Source: Dudresnaya verticillata
Taxonomy: Eukaryota
DNA length: 64,000 bases
Direction of reading: 5' to 3'
Assembly: GCA_977862235.1 (NCBI GenBank)
Contig: OZ374557.1
Span: 2,418,001 to 2,482,000 of the forward strand
Positions 1-13,248 of this stretch are shown here, one piece after another. The position numbers and the translations under genes were made by a program. A model generated the notes under the pieces. The model made no database searches. It was not told the origin of the DNA and saw nothing but the letters and a program-made list of their open reading frames with translations. The number at the start of each line of letters is the position of its first letter. Position 1 is the stretch's first letter.

Positions 1-952
1 TTGACGCAAAGCAGTGCGACGTTCTCTTGTGCGAGGCATTTTGTACCACGATAGCAGTAAGGGCCTCGTCTCGCTGGGATCAGTGCCGTCAATAGCGCTT
101 TTGAGTACGCGTCGCACGATCGTGAGAAAAGAAAGGGTGGGGGGTCAAAAGCGGCCTTTGGTGGCGGTCAGCGCAGTGCGGTGGAACAAGAATATCGGGA
201 AGAGAACGCAGTGGGCGCCGGAGTGGTGTCACGTGCTGAAACCTCGCCAGATAACCTCCTATGCTGTTCTGTGTGCATATGCGAAACGGAATCACCAGTG
301 AGTGAGCAACGGTCTACCTATCGTTAGGCATCTGACCCACTCAAAGGAGGCGTTTCTTCGTCCCCTAATTACAATATTGTCTGGTCCCCCGGAATGCTTT
401 CGGAACATGTGTGGGCTGCAGGCAGTCGGTCACCGATTTATGGCAAGTATTCTGCTCGTGATGTGGAATCAGAACGACTGGTGATATTATGCGCTGTCCA
501 TGTGCACCGTGCACGGTTCACCACGATTCGGACCTTGTACTAGTATTACCGGTGTATTTTAATACATAGCTATAGCGAAAGCATCATCTGAGTGCCGGGT
601 TCCATACCCTTGAATTGGAATCACAGCGATGAGTGACTCGGGATCCCTGCACCACCCGCACTTCCGGGTGGGAGTCTCAGAATCGGCAGCGAATGGGAGA
701 GCTCTATTATTGTCCAACAATACCCTGGGGCACCTGAGTTCTGACTTGTAGACCAGGAGACCTCGAGCGCTTGCATCACTCACGTTCACTGCTGTGCTAC
801 ACAATACATAACGAGAATGCTGCACATAACAGGCTCGAAGTCTTCACATCGCGAGCAAAGCTGACTGCGTGATCTGGGGGTGCATTTGGGACTCCTCTAC
901 TACAGCTTGCCTAACGTTTATTACAAGCGCGGGACTAGAGGCTGTTTCTGTT

Positions 953-3499
953 TCATTTCTGTGCTGCTGTATTCATATTCGCCAGTTCCGTGTCCCCTGC
1001 GCTAGGTGCATCCACCATCGCGTCCATGCGAATGATCTTAGAAGCCACCCTGCGCCTAGCCGCATCTTCCTCCTCTGGGACCGCCCCAGCGAACTGCCGC
1101 TTGTCCTCGGGTCGCACCGGGAACGGCCAGAATACGGGCGTGTATGTCATCCCGTGATTTCTTACGCACCATGCCCGCATTGCAAGCATGTAGCTCGCCT
1201 TGCGGTGATATGCAAAACCGGCCGTCTCACCTGTCCATGGCCGCTGTTCCACTGCGTTGGGTTCGATAATCATCTCTCCGTGTGGAGTCAGCACCACCTT
1301 CTTCCCGACATGAGTGTACCCCACGTTTGGTAAATTGGCAACCATGTCTGGATCCACAACTATGCGCCAGTGCAGAGGCACCACTTCTTTGTACACTCCT
1401 GCAAAGTCGTGATTCCCGACTCGAGGTGATCCAGACGTGGACACGAAAATTTCACGTCGGCTCACATCCAACTTCACCCATAGATCCAGGCTGCAGATTG
1501 TTCCGAGTGCACCTCCTAGACTGTATCCGGTCAAGAATATAGGTCTTTACCTTCTTGCTCTTAATTGCCGCACCACTTCCATCACTTCATCTGCAACACT
1601 CTTATAGGCAATCGCAAATCGCTTGTGAATCTTACCGTGTAGATATCTTCTGCCGAATAATCGCTTCAATCGAGTCGTCTCATCTTCACCATAGACACTT
1701 GACTTCACCACGTTACGAATATATTCATGGCTCATCCGTAATGATGTATTCGAGTTTCGCATTGAAGTTGTTCCCTTTAACGTCTCAATGACCCTGTCAC
1801 TGCAATCAACAACACGTGCTTGAGTATCTGTTGCCTCGCTTCTCACAGCAGCAACGATCTCATATTCAAATGGCAACGGGTTTTCTCTAGGAATGAAGCC
1901 GTCAAACTTTGCAGTCCCATAATAATAGACATACCCATGCAAAGTTGAACATAATGACGTTCGTCTGCATCGTAAAGCAGTTTGCTTTCAGCTCAAGACT
2001 GTCCTTCGACTCTCTCTTTCTGTACGTAATCGGTTCAACGATTTGTTGTTCCAATTCGTCATCATTGTCAACAACAGAGCGGGGGGTTTCTTCATCATTG
2101 GCCCATGTGACGTCTTTTTCAGGCAACGGGTACTTGAGGCCGTTCATCGAAGCTTGCTGACTCGATGATGAGTCTGAAATGCTGAATGACCATCGAGACC
2201 CAGATTCGCCCAGTTCTACGCTTCTGAAAAAACGCTTTCACACCCCCGGTACAATTATGGGGCAGATTAACATAAGTAGTCACAATGACATAACCCAGCA
2301 CCAAAAGCCCCGGGCTGTGCGTATAAATCCATGTCACATCTGCCCTCGCCATGTTGAAGCCAATAACCAGAAGAATGATACTTTCACCTTTCGGTCTGCT
2401 GAACAGCAGACGAGTGTTCAGACCAATAAACAAAGGGTAGAAAACAAATTTGGTATACAAGAAAAACCTGAATCCAACCCGTTTGCACCGATGCTTCATG
2501 TATGGTGCCTTCTCCAACACATTGGTTGTCTTCCATGCCTCATACCCAATAATTGCGATGAACAGCAATTCAATGACTGAAAACGGGATACAGAGGAGGA
2601 GCTCTACCTTCAAATGGCTCCACACGTGATACGCGCTGAAGTAGAACGAGAAAGCAGCAGCTGAGAGCATAGACACTTCAGACAGGGTCATGTCCAACAC
2701 GTACACAATCACAAACTTGGAGACAACGTACGGGATAAGCACGAGCAACTTTGGGATATAGAAGCCCCAGCCCAATCTCTTAGTGGCCTCCAGAATGCGG
2801 TAAGAGTGCAGGCTTGCCCAAAGGTAGAAGGAAGAGAATCCCGCAAAGGCCACATCACGCAACACATCACTGGCCACATCCCAATTGTTATACCAATCCG
2901 GGAAGGTACTGTAATTCAATGTCCTTTCGCCACCATTTGTTTCTATGAAACGGTTGATGGCATGAAGAGGGTTGAAGTAGAGTAATGCCATAACATCGAG
3001 GAAGAAGACCCAAACCTGCTCATGCGTGATATTTCTGCGCCCTTGTCTCAACAACCGTATTACATAGAGGATAGTGAGCGTTAAGAAGAACATACCCGTG
3101 AGCAATGTCATTCCTTGAGAGAAATGTTGATACCTCGCAGAGGGCAGGGCGAAAGATATGTTCAAACTGTACGCATAGAAAAACTTGCCCGGGGGAACGG
3201 TGGTCGTTCCGGAACTCCTTCACCGCCACCACCTTCACCAATGATTGCCTAACGCAGAATGTTGAATCTGCCGTGGCAAACAGCGACTCCCCAGGTGAAA
3301 CCAAGGCCCTTGGAGACGCGTTCATCGTCGCAACGGGTCTGGCGGTTGATTCCGACGGCCTAGGGTCGCTTGAAGGCTGTATGCAGGAGCTTCTGCTCTG
3401 GGTCAAGAAGGAGTGCTCTATGGACAATGATCTTGTGGACAAGATTTGCAAACGGCTCTGCTCAGGCGTCTCCAGCGGTAATTTCAGACTGCGTTGCAT
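953..3499 (-). pseudogene. Multi-TM (TMEM181/Wntless-like) domain fused to C-terminal class-3 lipase; frameshifted
   Basis: ORF pieces 3020-3499, 2119-3165, 1902-2147, 1547-1942, 953-1534 in shifting frames. Lipase motifs TGYSLGGALG (GxSxG), GSPRVGN, DMVANLP, YTHVG, GKIHKRFAIAY; upstream hydrophobic helices with EQVW..LLYFNP and FYIPKLL. Confidence 0.8.
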
Positions 3500-3601
3500 G
3501 GCTTTGATTTACAACAGAGTTACTCTGTCAACGAAGAGCACGTGCAAAAGCGGTGCTCGCTCCTTGGAGCTACAATTTCCTTGGCGGTCAGTGTTGGGCT
3601 A

Positions 3602-4381
3602 ATGCCGAAGACTGTCGACACCATTCTGCCGAAAATCGATACTTTCTCACGCCAGTTGCAGGTTGGTGTCCCAGAGAAGCGCAAATATGTATCGGGTGTG
3701 ATATGAGGCTCTCAAGTTGGCAGACATGGCTAAGGACGCATTTTCTTTCAACATTAAGCAGCTTGGTTTGTATTGCAGTGATACGGATGAAGATTATCGG
3801 CCCGTTGAAGATGCTGATGTAGATGTAATTGTCCAGGCTGTTCTACTCCCGAAGTTGTATCGATTTGACACCTTGCTTGAACTAGATTCAGTTAAGCGAT
3901 TCGGAGCGCAGGACGGCGACCAAAACTATTGTTCGAGCTCATTATCATCTTTGTCCGCGACGATCTTGCTGTTTTCACGGAGTTCAGAAGCAGGAATGAT
4001 GCTCTTCTTGCAAAGTACGAGATTGACGTGGTGATTGCGGAAAACAAGATGAGCCTGCTCACATTTGCTTCACTTGGAATAGACTGTCAGGATCTCGCAT
4101 ACAGTATGACTGCGACTGCTCTGCAAATTTCCGAGGGCGAGGTCGAGGATTGGGTTACCTGTGCGATCAGCTCAGGTCTGGAGGATGCGATGATTAAGCA
4201 GCTGAATTCGTCGGTCGCGATTTATCGATCAACGCAGCGTATGTTTACGCGAGAAGAGTGGCAGCCGCTGCCTGAGCGCATCAACATTTGGAAGACTAAT
4301 ATCGGAGATCTACTTGCACAGCTGAGGAACACCCGACCAGCATCCACTATAGCGGGTTTTGGCAGGAACAAAGGGTTGTAA
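3602..4381 (+). pseudogene. EIF3M: Eukaryotic initiation factor 3 subunit M (PCI domain), 5'-truncated and frameshifted
   Basis: YRFDTLLELDSVK, ENKMSLLTFASL, ALQISEGEVEDWVTCAISSGL and RSTQRMFTREEW..RINIWKTNI match the eIF3m C-terminal half; split across ORFs 3717-4034 and 3929-4381. Confidence 0.75.
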
Positions 4382-4487
4382 ATTCGGTAGTTGATGTGCC
4401 GGCAAGACGTTCTGAGCATATGTGCACCACCTCATTTATTGTTCTAGCGGCTGCGATTACGCTGCATTGACCGCGAGAAGTTTGCTA

Positions 4488-5344
4488 TTATGAGTAGTGC
4501 TTACCGCATGTTCCCATGCGATGTACAGCTCTTGAAGCTTGCAAGGTATCGAGTGCATTTATACCCTCCTTCAGCATCTTGTCCCACCAAGACCAGGTCA
4601 AACCCTCAACAATGTGGTAGAACCAAGGCGTAAGACGAAGAGTCGAGGAGATCTGCGCCTCCTTGAAAAGCCCCTTCAATTCTTCTCGAGTAACATAGCG
4701 TACTGCTCGTACGTCGTTTGGTTCAGGAGCAATATCGCTATAGCGCTACGTCCTTCACGCCCATGAACACGTAATAAATCTCATGCTCACCCCACACCCC
4801 TCCGTCATTTTCACTACGGTAATGAATGCGAGTCATGTATTGCAGGTCGTCCATACCGACCTCTCCCCCTTTGTCACCGAGCTAGCTCATGAGACAGCTT
4901 GCGAATGGCAACACGCATGACCCCTCCAAGCGCATCTCCACTGTCCTGCCGACCAAGCTCAGCAGGCGTGTGGAGCGGATGAGCGCATACGGTTTTCGTC
5001 CAGAACGACAGGAAGGTGATTTTCTTCGCTGCACGTTATTGGAGAAGCATGCGCCCCTTGGTATCGAACAAAATCACCGAGAAAGCACGATGCAGCGGCA
5101 GGTTTTTTGAAACCATGGTGTGTGTGCACCTGCAGATGGGACTCCTTCTTCGACATGCTACCAACAACTCTGTCCTGTAGATCAGTGAGGACGACCACCT
5201 CTGACATTAGCCGAACTTGCTCTGGGTCCGACCCTGTCAACGCGTGCACAAACCCCGTCGTGCTTCCTGCAAATCGTCGGCTTGTTCAGGAAGGATTCAG
5301 TTGATGATTGAAGTGGTTACAGCGATCGCTCGAAGCAGCGTCAT
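4488..5344 (-). pseudogene. IDI1: Type-1 isopentenyl-diphosphate delta-isomerase (Nudix), disrupted
   Basis: EQVRLMSEVVVLTDLQDRVVGSMSKKESHL, then after a frameshift LHRAFSVILFDTKGRMLLQ*RAAKKITF..W..TVCAHPL (in-frame TAA at 5036-5038), C-terminal LTPWF. Confidence 0.88.
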
Positions 5345-6494
5345 GCGAGAGTCATGTGTCGCCTATTACTGCTGCATTGGCGAAGCTAACGCGCGAACGA
5401 GTGGATGTCGACCTCAGTCAATGTGCGAGGCTGTCTTGTAGGACTTGCAGTCCTGAATTAGGTGGTTACTGTTTCTTTGACGTGCACTACATCAACTACA
5501 TCAGCCCTGCAGGTAATTGCGTAACTTCATAACACAAAACCTGAGAGTTACATCTCTATCGAGATCATTTTCAGGGCCGCTACCAACATGGAGTGACATG
5601 CGTCTGAACAAAAGGAAGCTGACCGAGGCCGGGGGTCGGCGATACACAGCCAGAATGCTACCGACCGACCCAGCCCCGCTGGTGCTGGTTGAAGAGGTCC
5701 GTGCCCTGTGCGCTGAGGTGCACGAGGCTCGCGCGCTGGCTGCGGAGGAGCTGGACACAACTGTCTGGCTCCGGGTCCAGATGATGGGGTGGGCTCAAAA
5801 CATGATTGAGAGGGCTGGCCTGGTTGGAGAGGGGGTGATGCGAGGGGCTGTAGCGGTGATGGCTCTTTTAGGGTGGGAAGTGCCGGAGGAGTGGACGGTG
5901 GAGGACCCTGGTTCAGATGTGTAAGTAGCAAGAACAGTAAAGGGGTTAGTTGATAATCGGGATCCACGGTGTACACGAGGGTGGGCAACCGCGACAATAG
6001 ATTTTGCCCAAGGAGTTGTGCGTCGCGGGGCGGGGCGGGGGGGCGGGTGACGAGGCAGTCTGTATGCGGTCGCGTGCGGATTCGTGCACAGACGCGCACA
6101 GCACAGTGCACCCGTTGCACCAGAAAGCCGAAAACTGGTGACGGGTAGTCTGCAGGCGGCGCCGAGCACGCGCGGGGCGGGCCAGATGGGCGATGTGGCG
6201 CGCATGCAGCGCGCGCGGCGAGGGGCATGCTGCGGGCCGGCAATTTCTAATTTGGCCCAGTGCGGACCGCGGAGTGGGCCGCCCGGGCCAAATCGACGCA
6301 AGGACATTGAAATTCAGAATACCTGGAAATATTTTGGGTAAATTCACGCAAACCGCCATAATGTTCGAAGGAATGGTCCGTTAGCCAATCGGATTTGACC
6401 ATCGTACTCACGGGACGCTCCCCTTTCTAACGCTACCAGAAAATAGCTATTCGACTCCAGTCTGTTTCGAAAGTCGTATTCTGAAATCGCTCAA

Positions 6495-9400
6495 ATGCGT
6501 GTTATGGGTGGGTTATGCTTTTTAGAAAATCATCCTAAGCCGGCTTTTAACCACCTTACGTTAATGGCTAACGGTATTATGGATGTTGTACCTCACAAAC
6601 CGTTTCGGATCTGGGTCTCTAATTTTTCTAACAAGCCGGTACGATTGCCCCAATCTACCTTCGTGGGCCTCGCTACTGCTGACCCTTCTGCCATTTTTAC
6701 CGTTCACGGTATACCTCTATTTAAGGAGGGGAGGAAATATTCAATCATTTAATTCAAACCTTACCTTGGAAAAGGCCAGCAGCATATCCCCGCACGACAA
6801 TGAAGTAAGCAAACCCTTAACGGAAACTACAAATACTACCGACTGGACGGATCAAGTCCAGATCGTTACAGAAGAAGCATCGCTCTATAAACGGATTTTA
6901 ACCCTACTCGAGGAATACAAGTCGATGTGGAGTGGCGATCTTGGCAACATTAAAACTTCCAAGCACCGCATCGAGTTAACTCCCGGAGCTAAGCCAGTAT
7001 ACCAAAGCCCCATACCGTGCCATACATAAGCGACGAGATCTCGAAAAGACAGAGATTGAATGCATGCTTTCTGCTAAGGCAAGTGAGCCAGCCTCATCGG
7101 AGTGGGTCAGTCCCGTGGTTTTCGTTCCAAAAAAGGACGGCACCATGCGGTTCTGAGTTGACTATAGAAGGCTCAATTCCGTAACAGTTAGGGCCTCATA
7201 CCCCTTGCCCAGGATGGATGAATGCATAGATTCCCTAGGGGAAGCTACTGTATTTACCACTCTGGATTGCAATAGCGGATATTCGCAAGTCGATATTCCG
7301 GAAGAGGAAAGGGACAAAACTACCTTCACTAGCCATTTTGGCTTATACCGTTTTCGGAGAATGCCATTCGGATTGAAGAATGCACCGGCAACCTTCCAAC
7401 GGGCAGTGGATATAATCCTTTCTACGCTTAAATAGCAATTTGCCCTCGTCCACTTAGACTATGTAATCTTATACTCAAAAACCGTTACGAAACATTTCCA
7501 CCACCTGAAGTATTTCCTTACGCTTTGACGATAGGTAAGATGGGGCAACTTTGAAGTTGTCAAAGTGTGACTTCTTCAACGCGTCTGTACAATACCCGGG
7601 GCATGTTATCCGTCCCGGAAAATTAGAAGTGAATAATCGGAATATCCAATCCGTTAAGGTTGCGAAGCCGCCGACTAACCAAATGGAATTACGATCCGTC
7701 TCGGGAATGTGAAACGTGTATCGTCGCTTTGTACCCAACTTCGCTCGGATTCCAGCGCCGCTGAATAAGAAAACCGGCAAGAACTCACTCTTTGAGGTCG
7801 GTATATTATCCGAGACGGAATACGAAGCCTTCGAGGAACTTAAGAGATGCCTCATCTCTCCACCTATATTGGATCTACCCCGTCACCGATATAAATATAC
7901 GTTGGACACTGACGCATGTGACCATCAAGTCGGCTGTGTCCTTTTCCAGGAACAACCGAATGGCGATCACCTCCCTATTGGATACTGGAGCCGGCGCCTT
8001 GCCGGTGCGGAGAAAAATTATGCTACAACCGAAAAGGAATGCTTAGCCGTGGTCTAGAGCATGTTAACACTCCGACCATACCATTACGGTGAAAAGTTTA
8101 TTCTCCGAACGGATCACGATGCCGTGCGATGGATCCTTAACCTCGCGGACTCATCTGGCCGCCTGGCCAGGTGGAGGCACCGCCTATCGGAATTTGAATG
8201 GGATGTGCAATACCGTCCAGGGATTAAACATCAACTCGCCGATGGGATGTCGCGACTCCGAACGGATGGCAGTGACGATAGACCTTTGGATGAAGAGATA
8301 TCTTGCTTTGTCGCCGAAAATACCGCCGACGAATTATATGAGCATGGAGTTTATTTAACAGATTGGGCCACATCACAAGAAACCGCTACGGTAAATGACG
8401 TAGTATGCGCCGTGGAGCCCGCTTGTGGAAGTGCATCCGCCTCCCCTGACAAGCCCGACACAATACCGTCACGGTTTACTGTAATCCAAGAATCCGACGT
8501 TAAGGATGAGACAATAACCAGGGAGGATTTCCTCGAAGCGCAAGCCCGCGACTCTTTCTGTCGTCTCTAGGCCGATACGTTAGGCTCCCCTGGATCACAA
8601 TTTGACTATGACCGTAACGGATTCTTGGTACCCAAGTCCCAATTGGATGGTGCTCTGCAGAAGGTGCTGCCAAGCGAACTCCGTGGACGGGTATTGTATT
8701 TATCCCACTACACCCTGACATCGGGTCACCCAGGCGGAATTAAGATGTATTGTACACTCCGACAGGATTATTACTGGCCTCATATGGCCAACGATGTATT
8801 TGAATCCGTTCGGACATGTCGCTCCTGCGCCAAGACGAAGGGAAGCCGCTTTCGGAATCAAAGGTTTATGCAACTTTCACCGCTAGCGGACCTTTGGAGT
8901 TTGCCGCTATCGACATCCTCGGGCCACTTCAGAAGACAAAACGGGGTTATGTATACGTTTTGGTAATAACCGATCGGTTTTCTAAGCTGACGCGCGGTAT
9001 TCCGTTACGGACAACAACAGCCGTTGTGGTGGCTAACGCCTTTCTGGATTTTTGGGTGTATGCGTATGGCGCACCCCAATTTGTCCTAACCGATAACGGA
9101 CCGCAGAGTTCTTTGATGCGGTTTGTTCCTTACTCGGAGTCAGGCACCTACTCACCGCTGCCTACCATCCGCAGACGAATGGGCAAGCTGAGCGATTTAA
9201 TAAGACAATCGCCCAACGTTTGCGCCATTACGTTGAGGATCATCACTCCAATTGGGATTTGTACCTGCAACCGTTGACGTATGCGTACAATATGCAGGTA
9301 CACCGTATCAAGGAAATAACATCATTTCATTTGGTGCTGACACGCCACCCATCGGACATTGTTGTACCGGGGGCTCCTGTCGAGCATCAAGAAACCGTTA

Positions 9401-10161
9401 CGGAAGGGCATATGACCCCGGTGCTACAGAAGCGAGGCACCATGCGCCGTTTACGGTATGCGCTCCAGACAGCACGCACGAAGGAGACAGTGGCTCAGCA
9501 AAAGGCCAAGGCACTGTTTGACCGTAAGGTGCGCTTTAGGCCCCCAATCCGTAGTGTAGATCAAGTATATGTCGACCGGCCGCCTCATAACTTGCGGCCT
9601 GCAAAACGCCGTGAACGGAACCGATTGGAAGGCAAACCGGATGACGTGGGTGAGGTGGCTCAGGAAATGAAGGAACTCCTTCCGAGGGCCACGGGGCCTT
9701 AGGAAGTGGAATCCGCAACGGAACATGTGGTTAAAATCCGCAAGGAAGGGGTATTAATCGCCGTCAGTATCGATCGTATTACGAAAGTTCCGATCGGAGT
9801 CGCTGTTCAACCGACACCTGTAGCGGTTCCGCCTGTCACACCCTCAACCGTCGATGGAGAAGTATGACCACCTCCAGGAGGTACTACTGCATTACCTCCT
9901 TCAGAAGGTATTACGCCCTCCGCGACGGAACCATTGCAAGCCGATACGGAATATGTGATCGAAAAGACTGTCGGTCACCGCGACGAACCCACTGGGATGA
10001 CATATAAAGTCCGCTGGTATGGTTACCCTCCGGATCAGGACACTTTTGAGCCCGCTGAGGAATTGCCGCAAAATTTCATCTACCGGTATTGGAAACACAA
10101 AAAGACCTCCGTTAAAGGTAAACTACGGCGACGTGCCAATCCAACACGTCGCTCACCGTAA
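6495..10161 (+). pseudogene. pol: E1 pol: RT, RNase H, integrase, chromodomain
   Basis: RT LPRMDECIDSLG/TLDCNSGY/RMPFGLKNAPATFQ; RNase H LDTDACD/NYATTEKECLAVV/TDH; integrase HPGG..CRSC, IDILGPL, TDNGPQ; chromodomain YVIEKTVGH..YKVRWYGY..DTFEP. Many stops and frameshifts. Confidence 0.93.
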
Positions 10162-10236
10162 CGGACAGCTGGAGTGCTAGTGGATGGGTACGCACAATGT
10201 TTATCACAAGGTAAGGTCGGTGTATAATTGAAACCG

Positions 10237-13015
10237 TTAAGGAGATCGTCGAACTGCAACTTTAAGAGTCACGGAGACACCGCTTCGGAGCGGGGACAAC
10301 TCTATCTTCCTCGTTGCCCCCTGCCCAGTTCGTAAGTCGGGTTCTCCAGCCGGATCCGATTGGAATGTACGCTGCGTATTGTCGCCCAAGGTGCGCATCG
10401 CATTATCCATACGCCGACGCTGACGACGGACCACTGCGCGGAGATGAATCACCTTCTCCATCAGTCCCTCTGCTAAAGTTGACCCCTCCTGAACGGATCC
10501 TGGCAATGGGAAGCGCTGTGTACGAGAACGGCAAATACCCCGTAGCACCTGTAACCCGCTTTCCATAGCGGCTAAGTGACCCGGAACCGTGACGGCCGGA
10601 TCCTCATTTTCTTGAAGCTATAACTTCGAGGATATCGACGGCTTATCCCTAAGCCCTGCTTCGATTGAATGCTCCGTTGAGGAAACCACCATTGCGGATG
10701 GTCCCGACTTGGATGAAGGTATTTCCTTCCGCGGCGGTGGATTCGTATCATTTTCTGGAGAGGCGATATCGCTTTTCCGTAACGGTTCCTGACTCAACAA
10801 GGGAGCCAAAGGCTTGTCGCCAATTTCTTCGGCACTTGGGCGTTTTGGAGCCCCTTCCGGTACGGTGCCCGGTTCCTCACTCACCACTGGTGTCGGAGTG
10901 AGTGCCGGCAGCGGAGCACTTGTCGGGAACGGTTCGGCGGCTGCAGGTATTCGCTTCGCCGGAGACAATGCCGCTGTTACAGTACCTGGCGCTGCTTCCG
11001 ACACGTTCTTCTCCTTCCAAACCCCCTTGTTGGATGGCACCGCGGGCTTGGGCACCGCCACAGCAGGCGCAACCACGTCTATGGGCGTCGGGGCCTTATC
11101 CGATACGGGGTAGTAGTCTCAAAACCCATATCGCCCGACGTGGGTGTAGCGAACACTGGAAGGACTGGGGCGGCTACTTTCTCAATATCCACTGCCACAG
11201 GTGCGACGGGCCTGACTTCCTCCCGCTACTCCAAGAAGGGCCCAGCTTCGTGCTGCCTCACCGTGACGGAATCGCGCCGGTCGATTGCACGCGAACGTCC
11301 CTCTGTCTCCTGACAACTCCCCTAATCTTCGGCCCCTTCCAAACCGTCACGGTACGCCTCCGTTGATGCTTGGCGAGGCGCATAACCCGGATGGGCTTGC
11401 ACCTCTAAGGCCAACCATTCCGGACGAGGATCTTCCCGATGAAGGAAATATGGCTCGCCCACTCCGGGCCTATACGGGGGCACCAATAAGACACGGTCCT
11501 CATCCCAATTATACCCCAAGAAGCCCGGAGTGCGTTGCCAATCCCGCTCTCCGTATACGGATAAAAGACGCTCAACCCGATGGAGGGGATACACCGACCC
11601 GTCACCAAATAGGCTACGCCAACTGGGCGAATTAGGGCGATTAACGTCACGGGTAGTAGATACATACGGCTACAGTCTCCTCCGGGTAGGTCATCTTCGT
11701 CACGCGGGAAGCTCCGCCAGTCGGATAACTTGGTATTGTACCGAACGCCGTAGTAGGCAACCTGGAGCCACGAAAATAGCACCAGCATTGCCCGCTCCGA
11801 TCGGAAGATGTGCCAAAGTACTTCGAGCTTATCTTGGTTCAGGGGACGCTCTCCGTTCGGATGTTCGTGATTCGACTCCCGCTCAGTGAGCAGGTCCGCG
11901 GAGAAGTACGCCACCACAGAAGGCATGGACACGGATAGCCAACGGGTTACCTCATAGCTCTCCCACCACGACGGAGCTGTGAGGTAGAGCTCACGTGGCA
12001 TCCGATACGGAAGGTGGAAGAACTGCTTGGTATTCCACGTGTGCAATATGGATGCGCCCACATGCATTCCGTCTCGGTAGCGCGTCCGAAATCGGTGTTC
12101 CGTTGCCGCCTCGTCTTTCCACCCGTCGGCATAGTAGAACGAACACACCATTTGGTCATACGATGGGTCGAAGCAGATGAACTGCACCCCGATCGGCGCA
12201 CCCCGGAGACGGAACGCCTTGGTCAACAAGCGGCTCACCTTCGCGGTATACCCAACTTCTCCGTGGCAACGGTACCAAAACGAATCCGAAACAATAGTGG
12301 TGCGCTCTTGGCAGTAGCTATGGACCCATAGGCGTTGCCACACAAACGCCCGCCGGTTGGGAACGAAACCAATTCGCTGGTTTGCCTTGAATGGCTGCTC
12401 CGAAACGGCTTGGTATCGTCGCGCTTCCAAAACGGATGGATAACCCTCGATGAAGTACAACACTGTCATCGGCGGTGTCACCTTCCCCCGTTCCGCATCG
12501 GATCTCGCCGGGCGCCCAGAACGGTGATAGAAATGGTGGCCTGGCCAGTATCCACTTGGGGCAGGGCCCTCACCGCTACAGGCACGCCCTATCGACATCC
12601 AAGGGCTTGCGGCCGGCATAGTGCTTCGCGCTGGCACACGCGTCCGTCTCGGAGTGTTGACAGCAGGATGCGGGCTCGCCCTCATACTCCGCACCGGCGT
12701 TGATATCGGTGTCGAAGGCGATCTTAACGGAATTGATGGAGGGTCCGCCAATTTGAGCGCCTCACCACCACGTCGGACCTCCTGATCATCATGCTTGGTC
12801 GACGTTTCTTCGTCATGGCGGGTCACTGCATTCCCTGCCCGTGCGGTCGCTGTGGCTGTGTGAGCAGCAAACCGATTCGGATTGTAGACGGACCAGCCGC
12901 GGCCCGCTGATGGTACCTGCACGGCTTCCGATGCGGTGACGTCCGCACGACCACGCGTCGTGGGTCGTGCCGCAGCCGCCGAGGAAGAGGCATGTGCTTG
13001 CATAGAAGCATCCAT
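10237..13015 (-). pseudogene. E1 antisense accessory ORF (type A), frameshifted
   Basis: Likely ATG 13015 (MDASMQ); conserved domain in ORF 11405-13381 continues in 11322-11594, 10618-11076 and 10237-10566; collinear homology to 20920-23609. Confidence 0.75.
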
Positions 13016-13248
13016 GAAGGTAGGCGCGCCCGGCGCTCTCGTCGCCGTGCTCGCACGGGTACGACATGTTAGTTGAAAGGGGAGGGGGAGCGCTTGCTTT
13101 TCTCCCCTGTAATATTGGAAGAAGGCGCACGCAGGAGAAGGGAAAGTTGAGAGCGTTAGCCGTATCGGTTGAATGTGTGGGTGCGGAAGCGATGGCAATC
13201 CGTGACGGTGGGCGCCGGAGGACGTGGCGCCGTTTAAGGAGGGGGGTC

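Noticed and set aside
5517..6400. 135-aa ORF and GC-rich stretch as a gene or transposon end
   Set aside because: No recognisable motif, TIR pair or TSD.
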